NCBI GenBank assembly: GCA_963719225.1
Contig: CAVRAY010000002.1
Span: forward strand, 704,001 to 768,000
Length of the DNA stretch: 64,000 bases
From: Thermoanaerobaculia bacterium
Lineage (GTDB): Bacteria > Acidobacteriota > Thermoanaerobaculia > UBA5066
Direction: 5' to 3'
The translations under genes were made by a program, and so were the position numbers. The notes beneath the pieces were generated by a model. The model saw only the letters and a list, made by a program, of their open reading frames with translations, searched no databases and had not been told where the DNA came from. Shown here piece by piece: positions 57,470-64,000 of the stretch; position 1 is the stretch's first letter; each line of letters starts with the position of its first letter.

Positions 57470-60400
57470 TCACCTCGCCATCGGCACATAGGCCCCGTCG
57501 CCGGTCCTCTGGCCCGGCTGGTTGCCGTCGTTGATGACGCCGTACGCGACCCAGGGGGCGCTGCCGGCCGTGCGGGACACGCGCACCCATCCGGAGCTCA
57601 CACCGGCCTGCGCGAGGACGCCGCTGATCTGGCCCCACTGGCCCGCGCCGAGCGTCAGGGACTGGCTCGCGCGCACGCCGCCACCGGCGCCGTCGAAAAC
57701 CTCGAAGAGGAGCGTGACCGGGCCCGCGGCCGCACCGTGACCGGTGTTGACGGCCGCGACGTTCGAGCGGTTCGTCGCGTCGGCGCGCAGACCGTAGAGG
57801 AAGGTGGTCGTGACGGCCTCCTCGCCCGCGAGAGCCGCCGAGTAGAAGAGCCCGAACTGCCCGCCCGCGGGGGACGGCGACGCGGTACGCGCTCCTGCGA
57901 AGATCTCGCCGACGGCCGCGCCGGACGACACGTAGACGTTGAGCGCGCCGGCGTCGGCGCTTCCGGCGGGCCCGACCGCGATGTTCTGGCTGCGGAGCCA
58001 GTCGATGGCGTTCGGAATGATCCTCTGCGTTTTCGGGGGCAGCGTGATCAGGATGCTCGCGTTCCCCGGCCCGGCGGGAGCGAGAGATTCGACGTAGGTC
58101 AGGACGAAGTCGCCCGGTTTCGACGAGCCGTTCGTGAGGACGAGCTCGCTGAGGAAGGCGCCCGTCTCGACGAGCACGGGGACGTTCATGAAGAGCGGGC
58201 GCGGCTCCACGGCCGTGGGCGTGACGTAGGAGCCGTCGTTCGTCCCGTTGTCGTTGACGACGCCGTAGGCCGAGAAGGAGCCCGCAGCCGACGTCTTCCG
58301 CACCTCGACCCAGCCGTTCGTCATCCCGGCCGTGTTCAGGACGCGGTTGTACTGCGTCCACCCCCACGGCGGCAGCGTGCCGGCGGCGACGACGGTGAAC
58401 GTCGCGCCGCTGCCGTCTCCGGAGACCGCCTTCACCTCGACGGTGACCGGCTGGCCGGACGTGTTGAAGACGGCGACGTTCGAACGGTCGGTCGCGGATT
58501 CGCGCAGGCCGTAGACGCGGAGGGTGTCCGCCGAGGGCGCATCCGGGTCGATCGCGGCGTACGCGAGGCCGGCGCGGCCGACCGGCTGGGGCGCCGCGGT
58601 CGCCGCCGCGGTTCGCGCGACCGCCGCGACGGCGTCGGGGTCGGAGACGTTCGTGAAGGAGAGGAGAAGCGTTCCGGCCTGCTGTCCGCCGGCGGCGACC
58701 GGAACGCCGTTCTGGCGGAGATAGGCGATGACGTCGGGAATGTCGAGCTGCGTCCGGGCGCGCAGAAGCGTCGGGGAAGTCGTGCCGCCTCCCGTTCCGA
58801 GCGACGGCGTGTACGTCATCGTGACCTGCGCGTCCGAAGTCCCGCGGTTCGTGACGCTCATCTCGGTCGAGTAGTGCGCCGCGCCCGTGTCGACGTCGAG
58901 GACGACCGGGACGAGCCGGCGCACGTTCAGGGTCGTCGGGAGCGAGTACACGCTCTCGCCGGCCGTGCCGAGGTACAGAGTCCCGCCGGACGCGAGGATG
59001 GAGCGCACCGGCAGGCCGCGCGCGCTCTCGGAGACGAGCGTCCACGTCGTGCCACCGTCTTCGGAAACATACGGGCCGGCGCGGGTCCCGGCATAGAGGC
59101 GCGAGCCCGAGGCCGAGACGTCGTAGACCGGCTCGGACTCCGGGATCCCGCTCTGCGAGCGGGTCCACGTCGCCCCGGCGTCGGAGGAGCGGAAGAGCCC
59201 GAACTGCGTCGTCGCGGAGCCGCCGACGGCCGCCCAGAGCGTGCTGCCCGAGAAGAGGAGCTTCGTGACTTCCCACAATCCGCTCGGAAAGATGCTCCCG
59301 CCCAGGACGAAGGGCGCTCCGCCGACCGAACGGAGCAGAACGGAACCGCTCGCGACGACGATCGTGCTCCCGCTGACGGCGATGTTCCGCACCCCGAGGG
59401 CGGCGGGCAGCTGCGGGCCGGCGGGCTGCCAGCCGAGGTACATGTCGTTCGTGCGGTAGAGGGTCGTGCCGGAGCCGAGCCCGGCGTAGAAATATCCGTC
59501 GGCCGCGCATATGCTCGTCGGGAAGAGGTTGCCGGGCCGGTTGTACGCGTCCATCCAGGTCGTGCCGCAGTCGGTCGAGTAGGCGAGGCTCTGCGTGCCG
59601 CCCGCGAATGCGAGTGACCCCGTCGCCGCGACGACGCCGCCGTCCCGGTTCGCGAAGAGGGCCGGGTCGCCCGGCGCCCACGAGGCGCCGCCGTTCGTCG
59701 ACCGATAGAGGCCGCTCGCCTCGCCCGGGGTCGTCGCGAAGATCGATCCCCCGCAGGCCGCGAGGCGGGAGATCGTCAGGTTGGTCAGTCCGGCGTTGCG
59801 TCCCTGCCACGTGAGTCCTCCGTCCGAGGAGAAGAAGACGCCCGCGCTCGTTCCGGCCCATGTGCCCAGGGGCGTCGAGAGGAGCCGATTCACGGTCCGG
59901 CCGCCGATTCCGGTGTGCGGCCCGGTCCATGTCGACCCACCGTTCGTCGAGCGGTAGACGGCCGGATTGCTGCCGGTCGAGCCGTTGATGGCCGCGAGAA
60001 GGACGCCGTTTCCCCCGCCGACCGCTCCGACGGCGAGTGGTGGAAGGTCGCTCGGCGCGCTGCCCGCGCGGGCGATCGACCAGGAGGCTCCGTTGTTCTC
60101 CGTTCGATAGACGGCGCCGTTCGCGACGACGGCGGGCCGGCCGTCCACGTCTGCGGCTGAGATGAACACGGCGTTCGCCGGCAGGCCGGTGACCGCCGCG
60201 GCGAACGTCCTCCCGCCGTTCGTCGACCGCCAGACACCCGAGGCGCGCATGACGAGGAGGATCGAGTCGTCCGTCCCGCGCATGAGGAGGAGCGCCTTGT
60301 CCGTGCCCCGTACGACGACACCCGTCGCCGGCGCGTCGCAGCGGGCCGAGGCGACGTCGCAGCTCAGGACCGGGCTCGCCCCGCCAGTCGAGGGAGTCGC

Positions 60401-60910
60401 GGCCAGGCCGACGAGGACCGTGTCCGCGTCGAGCGGGAGGACTGCCGACGCGCCGCCCGCGTAATGGGCGAAGCTCGACGCAAAGACCCGCGAGCTCCCG
60501 TCCCTCATGGATGTGACCTCGAGGCCGCGGTCCGAGGCGAGGCAGGCGCGATCCCCCGCGCACCGGCCCGCCTTCACCGTGGACGCCGTTCCCGTGACGT
60601 TCCGCCGGGGAAGGGCCCGCCACCCGGCCGACGGCTCGCTCATCCACATCCCCTCACCGAACGCGACAAAGTCACCCTGAACCGGAGACAGCCACTCTGA
60701 GGAGCAGCCGAGCGAGCCGATCGGCTGCAGGTCGTAGACGGCTCCGCCGCGCAGATCGGGAGACGCCTCCGCGAGTGCGGCCTCGGGCGCCCGGGCGGCG
60801 GAAGGCAGGCCGCCACACTGCCCACCGCCCAGCGTGATCGCGATGGCGGCGATTACGGCGACGCGAACGACCATCACGAGAGCTCGGGACCGCTTCATGG
60901 CGCCCTCCAT
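57470..60910 (-). CDS. Large secreted BNR/Asp-box beta-propeller protein with C-terminal tandem module
   Basis: Signal peptide or lipoprotein-like N-terminus; at least 7 S.(D/N).G..(W/F) Asp-box repeats; duplicated GLR...RSNVA..N / YGV.ND motifs; start 60910 or 60898. Confidence 0.82.
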   Translation of the reverse strand: MEGAMKRSRALVMVVRVAVIAAIAITLGGGQCGGLPSAARAPEAALAEASPDLRGGAVYDLQPIGSLGCSSEWLSPVQGDFVAFGEGMWMSEPSAGWRALPRRNVTGTASTVKAGRCAGDRACLASDRGLEVTSMRDGSSRVFASSFAHYAGGASAVLPLDADTVLVGLAATPSTGGASPVLSCDVASARCDAPATGVVVRGTDKALLLMRGTDDSILLVMRASGVWRSTNGGRTFAAAVTGLPANAVFISAADVDGRPAVVANGAVYRTENNGASWSIARAGSAPSDLPPLAVGAVGGGNGVLLAAINGSTGSNPAVYRSTNGGSTWTGPHTGIGGRTVNRLLSTPLGTWAGTSAGVFFSSDGGLTWQGRNAGLTNLTISRLAACGGSIFATTPGEASGLYRSTNGGASWAPGDPALFANRDGGVVAATGSLAFAGGTQSLAYSTDCGTTWMDAYNRPGNLFPTSICAADGYFYAGLGSGTTLYRTNDMYLGWQPAGPQLPAALGVRNIAVSGSTIVVASGSVLLRSVGGAPFVLGGSIFPSGLWEVTKLLFSGSTLWAAVGGSATTQFGLFRSSDAGATWTRSQSGIPESEPVYDVSASGSRLYAGTRAGPYVSEDGGTTWTLVSESARGLPVRSILASGGTLYLGTAGESVYSLPTTLNVRRLVPVVLDVDTGAAHYSTEMSVTNRGTSDAQVTMTYTPSLGTGGGTTSPTLLRARTQLDIPDVIAYLRQNGVPVAAGGQQAGTLLLSFTNVSDPDAVAAVARTAAATAAPQPVGRAGLAYAAIDPDAPSADTLRVYGLRESATDRSNVAVFNTSGQPVTVEVKAVSGDGSGATFTVVAAGTLPPWGWTQYNRVLNTAGMTNGWVEVRKTSAAGSFSAYGVVNDNGTNDGSYVTPTAVEPRPLFMNVPVLVETGAFLSELVLTNGSSKPGDFVLTYVESLAPAGPGNASILITLPPKTQRIIPNAIDWLRSQNIAVGPAGSADAGALNVYVSSGAAVGEIFAGARTASPSPAGGQFGLFYSAALAGEEAVTTTFLYGLRADATNRSNVAAVNTGHGAAAGPVTLLFEVFDGAGGGVRASQSLTLGAGQWGQISGVLAQAGVSSGWVRVSRTAGSAPWVAYGVINDGNQPGQRTGDGAYVPMAR

Positions 60911-60967
60911 GAAACCAGAGACGGAGAATCACCCCCGTTTTTCTCACCGCCGGGCCGGCGCGGGGCG

Positions 60968-63544
60968 TCAGCGCCGGACGGGAGCGGAGGTGCGGCGGAT
61001 GCCCAGGACGAGGAGCGCCGCGAGCGCGCCCGCGGCCGCGAGGGCCGCGAGGCCCGCGGACCACGGGGCCGAGACCGCCCGGATCGGCGCGATCGAGCCG
61101 TCTCCCACGAGGACGAACGCGGCCCACGCCGCGGCCGGGCGGCCTTGGGCCTGCAGCGTCCGCTGCGCAGCGGCGACAGCCGCGGACGCGGTGCGCCCCT
61201 CGGCGAGGCTCGCGGTGAACGCTCTCGAGAACTCCTCGGCCTCGTCGTCCCGCACGGACCAGAGCGTCCCGAGGACGGCGCGGGCGCCGCCGAGCAGGAA
61301 CGCAGACGCGAGTCCGAGAAAGCCGTCGCCAGCCGCGTACGTACCGGTCGTACTCCCGCAGGCCGCAAGGACGACGAGCTGGCCGCGGAGGGGGAGCCCG
61401 CGGATCTCCTCGAGGCTCAGCCGCCCGTCCTCGCCGTCACCTGGCGCCAGGAGCAGGGCGGTGCGGTCGGGACTCTCGTCGTCCACGAGCGCGTGGGCCC
61501 CGAGGTGGAGGACGCCGTAAGACGCGAACGCCGCCTTCTTGAGCGCGTGCTCGCTCGCTGCGTCGCCGACGAGGAGTCGGCTACCCGGTCCGGCGCGGGC
61601 CACGAGTGCCCGTCCTTCCCAACGCGCGAACGCAAGCGGCCCGAGCCGCCCCGACCGCTCGGCCGGTCCCGCCTCGGGGGATCCCGCGGCCGGCAGGCTC
61701 GGATCCGCGAAGGAGAGCGCGGCGGGCGCCGCGGGGGCGAGAGTGCGCAGGCGGAGCCATACGGTCGCGGACGGAATCGAGACGATCTCGAACCGCGAGG
61801 CAATTGGCTCGGCGTCGGGAGCCGGCCTCAGGAGGCCCAGCGGCAGGACGTGGAGAGCCCTGTCGGGAACGACGAGGAGGCGTTTCACGCCGGCTGGAAG
61901 AGAGGACACCGCGTCCTTGAGGAGCGTGTCGTAGAGGGCGGCGGCCCCGGCGGTCTCCCGTCCGTGGCGGCCTTCGACGAGTCCGACGAACAGGTCGGCC
62001 GCGTCGCTGAGCCGCATTCGGTGCGTCTTCAGCCGGAAGACGTTGACCGCTTGGCTCGAGACCGCGAAGGCCCACGAGCCGCCGTCGAACGCGGACGACA
62101 CGTCCGAGTGCTCGGCATTGATGAGAAAGGCCACGAGCGCCTCGTCCGGCGCGAGCGCCGCCCGCACGTCGTCCAGCGAAGCGAAGTCCGGCGCGACATC
62201 GTCTATCCGGGCGGCCGCATCGAGGGAGTCGAGGAGGTTGCGCGCCTTCATGCGCTCGGAGATCCGGAAGGCCTGAGCAACCTCGGCGGCCGGGACGTCC
62301 CCGGGCCGGTCGAGCAGGGCCCCCGAGAGGATGTAACCGGCCGCGCGGTAGTAGAGGGAGCTCCACGCCGCAAAGCGAACCGCGCGTGAGCTCGCCCGCG
62401 CCGGCCCGGCACGCGTCGCTTCCGCCGCGTCGAGGCTCGCGAGCGAAGCCCGGATCGCCTCCTCTCGCGGTCCGGAATCCCAGAGGGCGCGGGAGAGGAC
62501 GAAGGCGCAGCGCGCCTCCTCCGTCGCGTCGCCGGCCTTCCTTGCGCTTCTCACCGCCTCCCGCAGGAGATCGAGGCCCTTGCGGTCGCCGCTCCTCGCG
62601 AGGCGGAATCCCGCGGCTCGGAGCGCCATCCGGATCTGCCCGGCGTCGCCGAGCCGCCGCGCCGCGTCCAGCCCCAGGAGCGCGTGCCTGAGGCCGTCGT
62701 CCCCGTCGTCGACCTCGGCGAGCGTGAAGCGTGCGGTCACCTCGGCCCTGAGGTTGCCGGAGCGCGTCGCCCGCTCGAGCGCCTCCTCGGCGAGAGCGCG
62801 CTTCTCCCGGGGGTCCCGCGACGAGAAGGTCATGTTCGCGAGGACGCCGGCGATCCGCCCGGTTTCCCCGAGCCGCCCGAGCACCTCGATCTGCCGCCGA
62901 TAGGCGTCGAGGCTCTCCGGCCACATGCCCGTGGCCCAGAGGAGAACGGCCCGGGTTTCGTGCCACTCCGCCAGGAGATTGTCGTCGCCGGACGCGCGCG
63001 CGGCCTCGTCTCCCGCATCCAGTCGCTTGAGTGCGCCGAGCGGGTCGTTGCGGCGGTAGGCGAGGAGCGCCTCCCCGTTCCGCACGCGGGCGACCGCGTC
63101 GGGACGTCCGGACCTCGTCGCGACCGCGTCCGCACGGCCGAGCTCCTTTTCGGCCTCGGCAAACCGCCGGCTCCTCGAGAAGAAGTCGGCGAGCGCCGTG
63201 CTCGCGGCGACCTCTCCCCGGAGGTCTCCCGCGGCTTCGAACGCTGCTGCCGCGCTTCCGAGGGTCGCCTCGGCCTCCGGCGCACCCGTGACCGCCTCCA
63301 CCTTTCCGAGGGAACGAAGGAGCCAGCCGCCCGCACGTCCCTCTTCCCTCAGAGAGGAAAGCCGCGCTCTCACGGCCTGAGCGGCGGCGGGATTCCACGT
63401 CTTCCGGTCGAAGCACCTCGCCGCGCTCTCCTCGTCTGACCCGCGAAGCAGCCGCTCGCAGTCGTCGAGCGTGGCGCCGGACGACGGCGCGGCCGCGAGC
63501 GCGGCACAGACGACGGCCGTTCGGAGCTCGGCGGACAACGTCAC
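60968..63544 (-). CDS. TPR-CHAT (caspase-like) protease domain protein
   Basis: TPR-like helices, LLVVPD..LH.LP, HLGAH (His), VVLAACGST (Cys), GLASAFL.GA, LWSVRD, WAAFVLVG; hydrophobic C-terminus followed by RR. Confidence 0.85.
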   Translation of the reverse strand: MTLSAELRTAVVCAALAAAPSSGATLDDCERLLRGSDEESAARCFDRKTWNPAAAQAVRARLSSLREEGRAGGWLLRSLGKVEAVTGAPEAEATLGSAAAAFEAAGDLRGEVAASTALADFFSRSRRFAEAEKELGRADAVATRSGRPDAVARVRNGEALLAYRRNDPLGALKRLDAGDEAARASGDDNLLAEWHETRAVLLWATGMWPESLDAYRRQIEVLGRLGETGRIAGVLANMTFSSRDPREKRALAEEALERATRSGNLRAEVTARFTLAEVDDGDDGLRHALLGLDAARRLGDAGQIRMALRAAGFRLARSGDRKGLDLLREAVRSARKAGDATEEARCAFVLSRALWDSGPREEAIRASLASLDAAEATRAGPARASSRAVRFAAWSSLYYRAAGYILSGALLDRPGDVPAAEVAQAFRISERMKARNLLDSLDAAARIDDVAPDFASLDDVRAALAPDEALVAFLINAEHSDVSSAFDGGSWAFAVSSQAVNVFRLKTHRMRLSDAADLFVGLVEGRHGRETAGAAALYDTLLKDAVSSLPAGVKRLLVVPDRALHVLPLGLLRPAPDAEPIASRFEIVSIPSATVWLRLRTLAPAAPAALSFADPSLPAAGSPEAGPAERSGRLGPLAFARWEGRALVARAGPGSRLLVGDAASEHALKKAAFASYGVLHLGAHALVDDESPDRTALLLAPGDGEDGRLSLEEIRGLPLRGQLVVLAACGSTTGTYAAGDGFLGLASAFLLGGARAVLGTLWSVRDDEAEEFSRAFTASLAEGRTASAAVAAAQRTLQAQGRPAAAWAAFVLVGDGSIAPIRAVSAPWSAGLAALAAAGALAALLVLGIRRTSAPVRR

Positions 63545-64000
63545 TCCACGGCCGTCACGAAGCTCGGGGACGCGAGGGCGGGCGCGCCGGGCACCTCCGC
63601 CCAAACCCTCCAGACGACCCGGGACCCCGAGGGGAGATTCGCGAGCAATCGTTCCTCCACCAGAAACTCGGGAGAGGCGAGACCCCTCGCGCGCGCGATC
63701 GGCGCGAGATTCTCGCGCGCGACGAGAACGGTGTAGCGCGAACCCGCGGGCCCCGGCGTCCAGCGGAGGCGGAACGAGGCGCGCGGAAGCGGACGTTCGG
63801 GTTCCAGAAGAGAACGCAGGTCGGGCCCGGAGCCCGCGCGATACGAGGGCGACTCCGCCGGGCGCAGCCGGGTGACGACCGCGAGCGAGGCGCCGAGGAA
63901 GAGAACCGCGGCCGCGGCGAGAAGCCACGGGGTGCGCAGGCCCGTTCTCGGGCCAGCGAAACCGGGCCGCGCCGAGGCGCGATCGGCCCAGGTTTTCACG
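63541..64000 (-). CDS. Partial membrane protein (probable anti-sigma-like: TM, YR motif, small extracytoplasmic domain)
   Basis: WLLAAAAVLFLGASLAVV TM then SYRAG, FRLRW, Y.V, W.V; GTGA-coupled to the CHAT gene; 5' end outside window. Confidence 0.55.
   Translation of the reverse strand, partial: VKTWADRASARPGFAGPRTGLRTPWLLAAAAVLFLGASLAVVTRLRPAESPSYRAGSGPDLRSLLEPERPLPRASFRLRWTPGPAGSRYTVLVARENLAPIARARGLASPEFLVEERLLANLPSGSRVVWRVWAEVPGAPALASPSFVTAVE

Noticed and set aside
60968-63544. CHAT protease as part of a CRISPR type III-E or other defence system
   Set aside because: No cas, gasdermin-like or other defence genes or arrays in the window; membrane-anchored context points to signalling.

Overview
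Very GC-rich (roughly 70% by eye) bacterial genomic window. Gene content (DUF4388 protein, pseudo-receiver/Ser-Thr kinase/TonB-C fusion, CHAT protease, large secreted beta-propeller proteins) suggests Acidobacteriota, probably Thermoanaerobaculia-like; this is inference. About 50 CDS. No rRNA, tRNA, CRISPR array or transposase was recognised. The most interesting region is 1-10.6 kb, an apparent sigma54-controlled periplasmic condensed-phosphate (poly/tri/pyrophosphate) utilisation system. It encodes a soluble PAS histidine kinase, an NtrC-family activator, a signal-peptide CYTH/triphosphate-tunnel protein, an unknown secreted protein, a signal-peptide family I pyrophosphatase, an OprO/P porin and a second CYTH-like gene running off the left edge. 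Two -24/-12 promoters (TGGCTCGG..TTGC) are each preceded by the same tandem palindromic enhancer (TGCGG-N3-CCCGCA-like, 21-bp period). A divergent short-chain CHR pair plus secreted metallophosphoesterase lies next to it. The rest is mostly housekeeping (perR-like, lepB, queF, fbaB, gatB, ftsEX, ruvC, yebC, mtaB, Btu-like ABC, accD, folC, dgt, glyA, nadE, ftcD). Other oddities: a family of paired inverted AT-rich repeats that overlap genes, a palindromic bidirectional -10 box serving two apparently leaderless genes, a GATase-crotonase fusion, an aryl-polyene/flexirubin-like gene fragment, and a C-terminal module shared by two large secreted proteins. At least five single-base deletions break ORFs, three of them next to AGCT; these are probably long-read errors.
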